This document shows positions 45,005-54,513 of a DNA stretch of 64,000 nt, one piece after another (the stretch's first letter is position 1; every line of letters begins with the position of its first letter). The translations under genes and the position numbers were made by a program. The notes below the pieces were generated by a model. The model worked only from the letters and a program-made list of their open reading frames with translations, ran no database searches and was not told the DNA's origin. This DNA is from an uncultured delta proteobacterium (GTDB taxonomy: Bacteria; Myxococcota_A; Polyangia; Fen-1088). The stretch is from NCBI GenBank assembly GCA_963755125.1, contig CAVWIP010000010.1, positions 160,001 through 224,000 of the forward strand, in the 5' to 3' direction.

Positions 45005-45083
45005 GCCATCCTGCTTCGCATCCCCCTCGCGCAAGATCAAGCAGGAAGCGACGTGTATTCGTACTGCATGCGCCGAGCGCCCA

Positions 45084-46391
45084 CTACTGTCCCAGTGCCC
45101 GCCGCAGATTCACGCGCGAGATCGCCAGCTCATACTGCGCGCGCAGATAGTTGAGCCGGGCCTGGGTCAGGGCCGACTGCGCTTCGAGCAGATCCGTGGT
45201 GGTGGCGGTGCCCGCCTGCAGTTGCGCGTCAGTCACTCGATAGGCTTCCTGCGCGCTGGTGATGGCCTGCTCGGCGACGGAAATGGCGCTGGCCGCGGCG
45301 TCCAGTTGGGCCATCCCCGAGGTCACCTCGGCGCGAATCTGCTGTTTCTGGTTCTCCAGATCGAACGCAGCCGCACGCGCCTGCGCCTGGCTCGCGCGAT
45401 AGGCGGCGTAGCTGGCGCCCCATTCCCAGATGGCCCACTTGGCGTTGATTCCGATGAACTCGGAATTTGTGGGCACGATAACCTGGCCATACGAACGCAG
45501 GTACGCTCCCTCAAGATCGATCTCGGGCAGGAGAGCATACAGGCGCGCCCGTCGCTGGTGCTCGCCCGCCTCCAAAGACAGCCGGGTCTGCAGGATCTCC
45601 GGCCGGCCGCTCAGCGCCTGGTCCTGGGCCGCCGCAGGCTCGGGCCGCTTCTGGCCCGACTCCAGCAGAGACTTCGGTTCGACGAAGGTCACGTTCGCGT
45701 CGTCGGCCGGCAGGCCCATGAGCGCCAGCAGGCCGGCGCGCGACACCAACTCCTGCGAGTGCGCCTGAATCGCTTGCTGGCGCGCGTTCGCCGCGGCCAC
45801 CTGCACGCGCAGAACATCGGCTTCGGTGAGCACGCCCGTGGCCAACTGTGCGCGCGCCACTTCCAGGCGGTCGTTGAGCTCGCGCTCGGAGGCGAGCGCC
45901 GTGCCCTCCAGCGCCCGGGCCTCGAAGACCCGCAGGTACATGGTTTCGACCGCCTGGCGCACGGACAGCTCCGCGCTTTGCACCTGGGCCGCGCCGGCAT
46001 CGCTGCTCTTCTGCTGGCTCTCGTAATCGGCGGACAGGTGCAAAAGGCCGAGTAACGGCTGGTCTGCCGCGACGGTGAAGACGTTGGTGTCCTGCTTGCG
46101 CACCAGAAACGGCGGCGCACCCGGGCCGAGGGACGCGTCGAAGGCCGCATTGTAGTGCTGGTATTCGTCGGCCAGATGAATCGCGGGCGCCAGGCGGCGC
46201 GCGGTGCTGCTGGTCGCGGCCTGCCCCGCTTCCAGACGCGCCCGTGCCGCCTGCAGACTGGCATTCTGCGCGATGGCCAGCACCACCGCGTCGTCGACGG
46301 TGATGACGCGCGACTCGCCCGCCGTTGCGCCAACGCAAAACAGCGTCGCAAGTGCGCAACAACCAAGAAAGAACGGGGAAAACCTACGCAT
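45084..46391 (-). CDS. TolC-family outer-membrane efflux protein
   Basis: Signal peptide, two OEP repeats, WAIWEWG and GTATTTDLLEAQ. Confidence 0.88.
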   Translation of the reverse strand: MRRFSPFFLGCCALATLFCVGATAGESRVITVDDAVVLAIAQNASLQAARARLEAGQAATSSTARRLAPAIHLADEYQHYNAAFDASLGPGAPPFLVRKQDTNVFTVAADQPLLGLLHLSADYESQQKSSDAGAAQVQSAELSVRQAVETMYLRVFEARALEGTALASERELNDRLEVARAQLATGVLTEADVLRVQVAAANARQQAIQAHSQELVSRAGLLALMGLPADDANVTFVEPKSLLESGQKRPEPAAAQDQALSGRPEILQTRLSLEAGEHQRRARLYALLPEIDLEGAYLRSYGQVIVPTNSEFIGINAKWAIWEWGASYAAYRASQAQARAAAFDLENQKQQIRAEVTSGMAQLDAAASAISVAEQAITSAQEAYRVTDAQLQAGTATTTDLLEAQSALTQARLNYLRAQYELAISRVNLRRALGQ

Positions 46392-46394
46392 GGC

Positions 46395-47624
46395 TCACCT
46401 GAGATGCACGGTCACGTCCACGGAATACCCGGCCCGCAGATCGAGATCCTTGGGGGGATTGACCCAGGCGATGCGCACCGGAATCCGCTGCACCAGTTTG
46501 ACGAAATTGCCCGTGGCATTGTCCGACGGGATCAGCGAAAAAGTGGCGCCAGTTCCCCCAGAGAAACTTTCCACCCGGCCCGCCAGCTTGCGGCCGGGAT
46601 AGGCGTCCACGGTGATGACCGCGCGCTGCCCGGGTTTCATGTGACCCACCTGCGTCTCCTTGAAATTGGCGACGACGTAGGTCGCAGTGGGAACGATGGA
46701 AACCACCGGCTGCCCGACAGCGGCCAGTTGCCCCGCGTGCGCCACCAGCTTGGAAGCCCAGCCGTCGACCGACGCCACGATCTTGGTGTACGAAAGCTGC
46801 AGCCGCGCCAGATCCAAAGCGGCCTGCGCGCTTTGCGCGCGCGCGTGAGCCAGCGCTGCATTGGCCTCGGCCACCGCGATCTGCGGCTCCACCGGCGCGC
46901 TCTGGCTCAAGCGTCCCTGGGCTTCCTTCACACGGGTCTCGGCGCTGCGCCGGGCGTCCTGGGCAAAGGCCAGTTGCGCGCGTGCCTGGGCCAGCGCCGC
47001 CTGGCTGCCGTCGTAGGAGATCTGGGCTGCGTCCAGGCGATCCTGCGGGATGGCGTGCGCTGCGCGCAGCTGCTTGGCGCGCTCGAGATCAATCTGGGTC
47101 TTGTGAAAGTCGGCCTCGGCGCGCGCCACAGCCGCATTGGCCGCCGCCACCTGGGCCGAGGCGCTACTCACCCCGACTGACGAACCGCTGACTGCGGCTT
47201 GCGCACTGGCGAACCCGCCGCGCGAGCTGGCCCGCACCACCTGCACCTGCGCGTCGGCGGACTTGGCTTGCGCCTCGGCGCTCGCCAGCTCGGCCTCGGC
47301 CTGGCGCACGCGGGCCGCGTAGTCGGCGTCGTCGATCTCGGCCAGCAGGTCGCCCTTCTTGACGATCTGGTTTTCCTCGATGCGAACCGCGACGACCTGT
47401 CCCGCCACGCGCGTGGCCACCGGAACGACGTCCGACGTGATCTGCGCGTCGTCGGTGTCTTCCTGGCCAGCGGTGGCGATGGTGTACACGCCCACGGCCG
47501 CTAGCACCGTGCCGAGCACCACCGCGAGGACGACGAAGGGCCTCCGCTTGCTGCGCGGGCGGGGCAAGGCGGGTTCGACGGCAGAGCCGTTCTTCTCACG
47601 ATCGGGCGACGGGGATTCCTTCAT
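46395..47624 (-). CDS. emrA: HlyD/EmrA-family membrane fusion protein
   Basis: TDDAQ, ENQIVKKGDLL, VVANFKETQ and GTGATFSLIPSDNATGNFVKLVQRIPVRI. Confidence 0.9.
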   Translation of the reverse strand: MKESPSPDREKNGSAVEPALPRPRSKRRPFVVLAVVLGTVLAAVGVYTIATAGQEDTDDAQITSDVVPVATRVAGQVVAVRIEENQIVKKGDLLAEIDDADYAARVRQAEAELASAEAQAKSADAQVQVVRASSRGGFASAQAAVSGSSVGVSSASAQVAAANAAVARAEADFHKTQIDLERAKQLRAAHAIPQDRLDAAQISYDGSQAALAQARAQLAFAQDARRSAETRVKEAQGRLSQSAPVEPQIAVAEANAALAHARAQSAQAALDLARLQLSYTKIVASVDGWASKLVAHAGQLAAVGQPVVSIVPTATYVVANFKETQVGHMKPGQRAVITVDAYPGRKLAGRVESFSGGTGATFSLIPSDNATGNFVKLVQRIPVRIAWVNPPKDLDLRAGYSVDVTVHLR

Positions 47625-47625
47625 G

Positions 47626-49257
47626 TTACATCTCCACATGAACCGGGGGACCGGCAGCGTCGGACGGGGCATGATGAGGCGCGCGCTTCAGGAAGTACAC
47701 CAGGGGCAACACGCACAGGAACGAGAGCCCCGTGAGCAAGAAGACCTGTTCAAAGGCGATGACTGCGGACTGTCGCGCCAGCGCCCCGGCCACCACACGC
47801 ACGGCGCCGTCGTGAGCCGCCGATGCGTTCATGCCCATCTGTGCGAACATCCGCTGCGCGCCGTAGAGGCGCGGCAGCAGCGTGGGTGAGCCCGCGACGA
47901 CATGGGTGCCCAGCACTGACTGGACCGTCGTCATGTGGCGCGTGAGCAAAGTCGCAAAGATCGCCAGCCCAATCGAACCGCCGATGAAGCGCGCCACCGA
48001 GTTCAACCCGGCCGCGTCGGCCAGCTTGTGTCGCGGAACCTTGCTCAACGCCACCGTGGCCAAGGGCACGAACAGACAACTGAACCCCAATCCCTGCACC
48101 AAAAGCGCACCGATGATCCCGCTCTGTGAAGTGGCCAGGGTATAGTGGCTCATCATCCACGTACTGACCGCCACGCAGGTCACGCCGAAGCTGACCACCA
48201 GGCGCGGCGACAGGACGTTGTAGGTGCGGCCCACGATGGGCGTGACCACCATCATGATGAGCGCGCGCGGCATGAGCGCCAGCCCCGACTGCGTCGCGGT
48301 GTAGCCGAGCACCTCTTGCAGGAACACCGGCAACAAGAAAGTCACTGACATCAGCAGCGCAAACATCACCCCGCCCACCACCGTGCCCGCGGTGAACACG
48401 CTGTCCTTGAACAGCGCGATGTCCACGGCAGGAGCGGTCGCGGTCATCTCGCGAACGACGAAGCTGGCAAGCGCAATGAACGACACCAGGGTAAGGCCCG
48501 AGATCACCTGCGAGTTGAACCAGTCGTCGCGATTTCCTTCCTCGAGCACGTACTGCAGAGCCGCCAACCCGATGCTGAGCAGGGCGATGCCGACCCAATC
48601 CAGATTCGCCCGGCGCTTCACCGCCATAGCCCGCTGGGCGGCGCGGATGTCCTCGGGTTCGTGCACGAAGTTGGAAACCATGGTCAGTGCCAGCACGCCG
48701 ACCGGCACGTTGATGAAGAAGATCCACGGCCAGCTGTAGTTGTCCACGATGTAGCCGCCCAGAGTTGGCCCCACCGCCGGACCGATGATCACCGCCATGC
48801 CGAACACGGCCATGGCCATGCCTTGCTCCTGGGGCGGAAAGGTCTGGCGCAAGATGGCCTGCTCGGTGGGCTGCAAGGCGCCGGCGCCCAGCCCCTGCAA
48901 AAAGCGAAACGCCACCAGAGTGGCCAGGCTGCCGGCCAGACCGCACAGCGCGGACGACAGGATGAAGATAAGCAGTGCGGTCATGTACACGCGCTTCTGG
49001 CCGAAAAGGTGTCCCAGAAACGCGGTGAGCGGCATGACCACCACGTTGGCGATGACGAAGCCCGTGGTGACCCACGTGATCTCCTCGACCGTGGCCCCCA
49101 GCGATCCGCGCAGGTGCGGCACCGCCACATTCACGATCGACGCGTCGATGGTGCCCATCAGCGTGCCAAACGTGACCGAAACCGTGACAAGCCACTTGTT
49201 TACGGGAGCGGGCCGGCCGGTCGAATTAGCCGTGATGGGGTTCTGCGCAGGGGACAA
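47626..49257 (-). CDS. emrB: DHA2-family (EmrB/QacA) MFS efflux permease
   Basis: DASIVNVAVP, GPAVGPTLGGYIVDNYSWPWIFFINVPVG and LQYVLEEGNRDDWF; about 14 TMs. Confidence 0.9.
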   Translation of the reverse strand: MSPAQNPITANSTGRPAPVNKWLVTVSVTFGTLMGTIDASIVNVAVPHLRGSLGATVEEITWVTTGFVIANVVVMPLTAFLGHLFGQKRVYMTALLIFILSSALCGLAGSLATLVAFRFLQGLGAGALQPTEQAILRQTFPPQEQGMAMAVFGMAVIIGPAVGPTLGGYIVDNYSWPWIFFINVPVGVLALTMVSNFVHEPEDIRAAQRAMAVKRRANLDWVGIALLSIGLAALQYVLEEGNRDDWFNSQVISGLTLVSFIALASFVVREMTATAPAVDIALFKDSVFTAGTVVGGVMFALLMSVTFLLPVFLQEVLGYTATQSGLALMPRALIMMVVTPIVGRTYNVLSPRLVVSFGVTCVAVSTWMMSHYTLATSQSGIIGALLVQGLGFSCLFVPLATVALSKVPRHKLADAAGLNSVARFIGGSIGLAIFATLLTRHMTTVQSVLGTHVVAGSPTLLPRLYGAQRMFAQMGMNASAAHDGAVRVVAGALARQSAVIAFEQVFLLTGLSFLCVLPLVYFLKRAPHHAPSDAAGPPVHVEM

Positions 49258-49515
49258 ATGAACTTCCAGACGTCAGCGAAACGGAACGCGCAAGATACGT
49301 TCGAGATTGGAATAGTCAACCGCAGGGAGCGCGTCCTTTCACTAGCTTCGATGCCGCGGTCCGTCCGGCGTTGCGGCTCAGTCTAGCCAAACGAGATGCC
49401 CGCGTCACCACGCTCGGTCTACGGCAGACGCTGGAAGCAGCCGGACAGCGGCTCATCGGCCTGCGCGATCGGGCGGCGCGGGCGCGGGGACGCGTGTAAT
49501 CGACGAGCGACTCTC

Positions 49516-49683
49516 AGAGCGTGTTCAAAAAGTGGACAGGAGTGGATGGCGGGGTGAAATCGGCGCATGCCATCGCGAACCCGCTACCCCACGGATCTGA
49601 AGGATGAGGAATACGCAGTTATCAAGGACCTGATCCCGCCGCCCAAGCCCGGAGGGCGGCCGGTGACATACGAACGGCGGGAG
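49516..49683 (+). mobile_element. Truncated IS5-family element: left end plus first ~39 codons of the transposase
   Basis: AGAGCGTGTTCAAAAAGT resembles an IS5-type terminal repeat. ORF from 49567 reads MPSRTRYPTDLKDEEYAVIKDLIPPPKPGGRP (YPxDLxDxxW..I..LP..GGRP), then homology ends at the palindromic repeat. Confidence 0.72.
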
Positions 49684-49840
49684 GGAGGGTTTGGCGAGGC
49701 CGAGCGCGTGGGCCCGAGTGTAGCGAGCGGTGTGGTGGGGAAGGTGCAGATCCCGAAGTCCCCGAAGGGGGAAGCGAGCGGGAAGGTGGTGGCGGTGGGG
49801 AGCCGAAGGGCGAAGCGAACCCTTTGAGGGTTCCCATGTC
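49681..49840. repeat. REP/MITE-like palindromic element, copy B
   Basis: GGGAGGGTTTGGCGAGGCCGAGCG ... GAAGCGAGCGGG ... GCCGAAGGGCGAAGCGAACCCTTTGAGGGTTCCCATG. Confidence 0.85.
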
Positions 49841-49854
49841 AGCGCGCGCTCGAG

Positions 49855-52800
49855 CTACGCCCGCAACGGCCAGCTCAATGCGCGCAGGCCGCTGCAGCCG
49901 ACTTCACCGAGTGCGCTCCGCATGTCCGACAGCCTGATGCGCTTGTAGGGATTGCGGCGCAACCCCATGGCCAGAAGGTCGGCGAGGGCTCCCGCCTGAC
50001 TGTGTCTGCGCAGCCAGCGCAACGATTCGGGGCCGTCTTCGTGGGTCAGATGCGCGGCGATGATCGCAGGCAATGCGTCCCCACTGAAAAGGGTAGTTCC
50101 GGTCAAGATCTCGTAGGTCAGGCAGGAAAACGCGTAGATATCCGTCGCCCGAGGGTCTACGCCATCGCCGAAGCTAGCGGTGTCCCAAACCTCGGGGGCG
50201 CCGTAGTACGGGCTGCCGCAGCCGGGGCGCACCTTGCGCCCAGCCAAGCCGAAGTCCACCAACACTGGCGCGACGTTGGGGGTTTGCCGGCTGCGCGTCT
50301 GTGGGCCCATCTCGTCCAGATAGCGCAGAATCACGTTGGACGGTTTCACGTCCAGGTGGCCAATGCCCGCGCCATGCATCGCCTCGAGACCCGCGGCCAG
50401 CCCATCGAGAATGTCCAACGCCCTAGGCATGGACATGGCTCGCTTGTCGAGCAGACGTTCGAGCGTGGGGCCCTGAACCAACTCCATCACCAGGATGGGC
50501 TTCGGCTTGGCGCCTGCGTCGAAGGTGACAAACCCGGCCAGGTTCTTGTGGCCGGGCAAGGTGAGAAGCGCGCCCGCTTCCTCGCGGAAAAGGCGGAGGA
50601 ACTCCTCCTCCGACAGGGTATGAGCCGCAGCGCCGGTGTACGCGGGAACCTTCAGCGCAAAGGTCTCGGCCGATTCTTCGTGGCGCGCCTCGGCCCGACG
50701 AGCGACGAAGACTGATCCACCCGCGCCCGTTCCGATGGGTCGCAGCACGCAGAATCCACCGAGGATGCGGCTGGGCGGCAGCCAGGGCGGCAGGGGAAGC
50801 TGGCGCCCGACCCGGGCCACGCGGGCCATCTCGTCCGACGTCGGCAGATCGCGCGGCAGCCGCCCGATGCGCAGGAGGACGCGGCCGACCACGTCGGCAA
50901 AGAGCGGCGGCAGGTCCTGGCGTACCGCCTCGGCAGCGACCGCAGCGGCCGCGCCCATGCCCTCATCCTTCTCCAGCAAGGCGCGTTCAACCCAGGCGTC
51001 CAGCTTGCGCAGGCCGCGCGCCGACGACGAGGGGAAGAAGCCTTCGCGCAAGCCCGTGCGCCGGGTGGCGCCGGCGATGAGACGAGCGGCATAGGTGATG
51101 GCTCCCGCCAATCGGTCGAGCGCGGTGCCGTCGTCGCCCCGACGCAGGTCGGAAACACACTGCGCCTCGGTGAAGGCATCGAGCGCACGCGTGATGCCGA
51201 GCAGGCCCCGGCGCAGGCCTTCGACCCGCGCCGAGCTGCCCGGTGGCAAGGCCTCCGCAACCCCCCGCAGACCCTGCACCAAAGCGTGCTCATCGGCGTG
51301 GCGCCCGCTGCGTTCGCCGACCAGGATGGCCACCTCGGCCATGGCCGCAAAAAGTTCCCTGAATTCCGGCGCCATGCACGCCTCGGCGAGACAGCGTAGG
51401 TCAAAAACGCTCTGCACGCACCAACACACGGCAATGAAGGCGTCGGACAGTTCGTACACCTGCTCGCGCACGACCGCGTCCGCAGCACGGGCCAGGATCG
51501 CGTATGTCAACCGCCGCAGGGGCGTGACCGTGTCACCGCGCGCCCGCTCACACAGCATGCGGAAGGTGTGCGTACAGCGACTGCGCACGGGAATCGATGG
51601 CTCGTCGGAGGCGCCGAATTCCGCGTCTACCAGATGGAGCAAAGTCCGCAGTTGGCGAAAGCGAAGGGTCACATGCGGGATGTTCTTGTCGACCAGAGGC
51701 TGCTGTTCGCGGCCGAGCAGCCAACTGCCAAGCAACCACAGCATATCCGCCAGCGGGCCGTCGGGCCCTGGATCCTCGCGGCTGCGAACCGTGAGCAGAT
51801 CGGACAGCGTGGACGTCTGCAAGAGCCCTGCGTCCAGCTCACGCAGGGCGCGGAAGAGAGCCTGGCGATCGGCCGAGGTCGAGTCGCCGGTATTCTCCAA
51901 GATGGCGATGGCCCGGTTGGCCGCTGCCAAGGCCGCGTCGGTCGCTGGACCGAGATCGCTGCCTTCTGCAAAAGCGAGCAGGGCGGCCGCGAGCGTGGTG
52001 CGCAACGAGGGTGTTCGGTTGGCCGCACCCATGTCCAAATCGTCCATCAGTGCCTGCACCAGTGCCACCGCGCCGTCATCATCGGTCGGCGCGGTCGCGC
52101 GAAAAGTCTCCACCGCATTGAACGCCGCCTGGAAGCCGATGGGGTTGCCGGCATGCTCCTCGTGCAGGTCGACGAGCGCCTCGATGGCCTCGATGCCACC
52201 TACCAGGACGAGCTTGGTCAGCAGTTCTTCCGACGCCTCGGGCTCTTCTTCAACGGCGCGCGAAAGGCCGAAGATCATCACCGACGCCACACCGGGATCC
52301 TTGGCGGTGATCTCGCCGGTCAGGATCTCCACACAGCGCGCCAGGGCCTTGTCGGGATCGTGCGAAACCATGGCGGCCAGCGAGGTGGCAGCACGCCGCC
52401 ATTCGCTGGGACCCAGACGGGGCCCGAGGTCCCGTTCGATCTCCTCTGCGCGCATGGGTACAGTTGCGGCCAGCAGGCCGCGCGCGGCGGCCACGTGACG
52501 CCACACCAGCGACTCGCGATCGCCGATGAGACGGCTCCACGCCGCGCGAACCGTCGGGCGGTCGAAGACGCGCACGCCGCTGTCGTCCCCCTCCTCGGCA
52601 CGACGGGCGGCCTCGCGCGCGGCCCGTTCAAGCAGGCGCCCAGCCAGACGGCGCGAGGGCAAAGCACCAAGTGAATGCCCGGTCAGCCATTCGCGTTCCA
52701 GTTCAGGCCGCGAGATGAGCGCCAGGGCAAGGGTGTCCGCGCCTGTTCCCGCCGCTAGGGGTAGACGCAGCGAAAGCGCCACGCGTGCGCGCACCAGTGC

Positions 52801-53193
52801 GCCCCCGAGCGCGCGCGGAGACGCCAGAGCGAGCGAGGTCGCGAGCGTCACGAAGGTGGCGGCATCCCCCTCGTGCAGGGCGGTCAACACCCGCCGGCCC
52901 AACTCGCGCTTTTCCGGCCCGGGCGGCAGCGCGCCCGCCAGTTCGAAGAGGGCGGCCATGGCCACCGGTCGTGAAAGGAAGCTCAAATCCTCGAGGAGCC
53001 CGCTGGACACAGCCAACCGCACACTGTTCAGGAGTGGCTCGGTAGCCAGGCCTTCGAGCGGCGTGGGTTGTTGCTCCGAGGCCGCTGCCGCCAAGCTGGC
53101 CAGGCCCTGCCGCCATAGCGCTCGCCTCTCCTCCACGCTCTCGCGGGTGTGGATTTGCGCAAGCCCTGCCAGGTAGTCGTGCGTGCCGTGCAT
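49855..53193 (-). CDS. Large Hanks-type Ser/Thr protein kinase with C-terminal kinase domain
   Basis: IGTGAGGSVF, FALK, HLDVKPSN, DFG, APE and DIYAF. About 800-aa Ala/Leu-rich helical N-terminus. Start uncertain (ORF open to 53238). Confidence 0.87.
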   Translation of the reverse strand: MHGTHDYLAGLAQIHTRESVEERRALWRQGLASLAAAASEQQPTPLEGLATEPLLNSVRLAVSSGLLEDLSFLSRPVAMAALFELAGALPPGPEKRELGRRVLTALHEGDAATFVTLATSLALASPRALGGALVRARVALSLRLPLAAGTGADTLALALISRPELEREWLTGHSLGALPSRRLAGRLLERAAREAARRAEEGDDSGVRVFDRPTVRAAWSRLIGDRESLVWRHVAAARGLLAATVPMRAEEIERDLGPRLGPSEWRRAATSLAAMVSHDPDKALARCVEILTGEITAKDPGVASVMIFGLSRAVEEEPEASEELLTKLVLVGGIEAIEALVDLHEEHAGNPIGFQAAFNAVETFRATAPTDDDGAVALVQALMDDLDMGAANRTPSLRTTLAAALLAFAEGSDLGPATDAALAAANRAIAILENTGDSTSADRQALFRALRELDAGLLQTSTLSDLLTVRSREDPGPDGPLADMLWLLGSWLLGREQQPLVDKNIPHVTLRFRQLRTLLHLVDAEFGASDEPSIPVRSRCTHTFRMLCERARGDTVTPLRRLTYAILARAADAVVREQVYELSDAFIAVCWCVQSVFDLRCLAEACMAPEFRELFAAMAEVAILVGERSGRHADEHALVQGLRGVAEALPPGSSARVEGLRRGLLGITRALDAFTEAQCVSDLRRGDDGTALDRLAGAITYAARLIAGATRRTGLREGFFPSSSARGLRKLDAWVERALLEKDEGMGAAAAVAAEAVRQDLPPLFADVVGRVLLRIGRLPRDLPTSDEMARVARVGRQLPLPPWLPPSRILGGFCVLRPIGTGAGGSVFVARRAEARHEESAETFALKVPAYTGAAAHTLSEEEFLRLFREEAGALLTLPGHKNLAGFVTFDAGAKPKPILVMELVQGPTLERLLDKRAMSMPRALDILDGLAAGLEAMHGAGIGHLDVKPSNVILRYLDEMGPQTRSRQTPNVAPVLVDFGLAGRKVRPGCGSPYYGAPEVWDTASFGDGVDPRATDIYAFSCLTYEILTGTTLFSGDALPAIIAAHLTHEDGPESLRWLRRHSQAGALADLLAMGLRRNPYKRIRLSDMRSALGEVGCSGLRALSWPLRA

Positions 53194-53300
53194 ACGCCGC
53201 AGCCTGCTAGCGTACCAGTGTCGCAGGAAAATGAACAAGCCGGCGTGGAGCGTCTGGGGTGCGCACCGCGGCGCACGACCCGGCCCGAATCGAGCTGCCG

Positions 53301-53744
53301 CTACGAGAGTTGTTTCGTTTCGGGCCGCTCGAACTCCGGGAAGCGAAAAGTGACAAGCCCGTCGTCTGACACGTCCATCAAGCAGGCGTTCTCTTTGGCC
53401 AGCCGTTCGAGCTCCTCGCGGGCCTGGTCGACGGTCAGGTCACCATCGGCTGCGGCACTGATGGGCGTGAGATGACCCCGGTGATGGCGGGCTGCTGCCA
53501 GAACACGCTGCTCGATGGATGGGCCGGGTACGGCGCCAGCCGGTTCCAATCCGGGCCCCGCTCCCTTCATGCGTTCGCCCGAACGCAACAGGAGTGCACC
53601 ACCGCCGACGAAAATGCTTGCCACCACGAGGCTGAAGATAGCGCTGCCGTAGTTGCCGCTGCTGGCAAGCCCGATCGTTGCCGCGGTAGGAAGCGCACCA
53701 AAGGCGATCAGCACCCAGCCCACGGCCTTGACTATGAAGCGCAT
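53301..53744 (-). CDS. Hypothetical membrane protein with C-terminal winged-helix-like segment
   Basis: Two TM helices, then LAAARHHRGHLT..AAADGDLTVDQAREELERL..VSDDGLVTFRFPE. Confidence 0.6.
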   Translation of the reverse strand: MRFIVKAVGWVLIAFGALPTAATIGLASSGNYGSAIFSLVVASIFVGGGALLLRSGERMKGAGPGLEPAGAVPGPSIEQRVLAAARHHRGHLTPISAAADGDLTVDQAREELERLAKENACLMDVSDDGLVTFRFPEFERPETKQLS

Positions 53745-53760
53745 GGGGATCTTTCCTGTC

Positions 53761-54510
53761 TCATCGCCTGCTAATGATAGACGACCGGGAAGTTTTGCGG
53801 CAGGGGGTGTCTTCAACCGACCTTCTGGCACTGGCCAAGGCGGGGGTCGCCATTTCGGCTTCCACCCTTGCCACCAGCCATCGAGAAGCGAGAAGCGATC
53901 TTCTTAGCGCCGCAGCCAATCGGCGCATCTGCTTTGCCGTCTGGGAAAGCTTGCGGGCCACGCGTTCTGGTACCGGCAAGGACTGCAGCAGTTCCTTGCG
54001 GAAGCGCGGATGGTGCCCGCCTTCCTGACCAGCGGCCAGGGCCGCCTGCACGCGCTCGGACAGCAAGAAGGGCACCAATCCCGCAGCATCCCGTCCATCA
54101 CGGCCGCGCAGCACGAAGAACTCGGTGCTGACCACCACTGTGTTTCCGCCTGGACGCAGCCGAAAAAGCGCCTGATCGACGAGAGCCACCTGATGAAGGT
54201 AGGGCCGCAAGCGCGAGATAATGACGTCGCCCGCCTGTACGCGCCGCTTGGCGCTTCCCATGCTCGCGGGCGGAACCGGATCGTGTCGAAACACCACAAA
54301 GCCCTGGTAGGCGTGCGTGGTGTCGAGAATGAGAACAGCATCCGGCGATTTCCACCCGCTTGCCGAGACGTTCACGTCGACGATGTCCACAACATCGGCC
54401 AGGCAGCGTCGCGCGACGACCTCGACTCGGCGGCGGGGATCGAATCGCTCCGGCGCCAGCACGAGCCCATTGCCCAGGTCAGCCACGCGGCGGAGCACGT
54501 GAATGCCCAC
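53761..54510 (-). CDS. Putative restriction-modification specificity (single TRD, HsdS-like) protein
   Basis: SAKRRVQAGDVIISRLRPYL, VVSTEFFVLR and FLLS..HHPR..L..LPVP resemble one TRD. Directly downstream of an N6-methyltransferase. Confidence 0.65.
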   Translation of the reverse strand: MGIHVLRRVADLGNGLVLAPERFDPRRRVEVVARRCLADVVDIVDVNVSASGWKSPDAVLILDTTHAYQGFVVFRHDPVPPASMGSAKRRVQAGDVIISRLRPYLHQVALVDQALFRLRPGGNTVVVSTEFFVLRGRDGRDAAGLVPFLLSERVQAALAAGQEGGHHPRFRKELLQSLPVPERVARKLSQTAKQMRRLAAALRRSLLASRWLVARVEAEMATPALASARRSVEDTPCRKTSRSSIISRR

Positions 54511-54513
54511 GGC

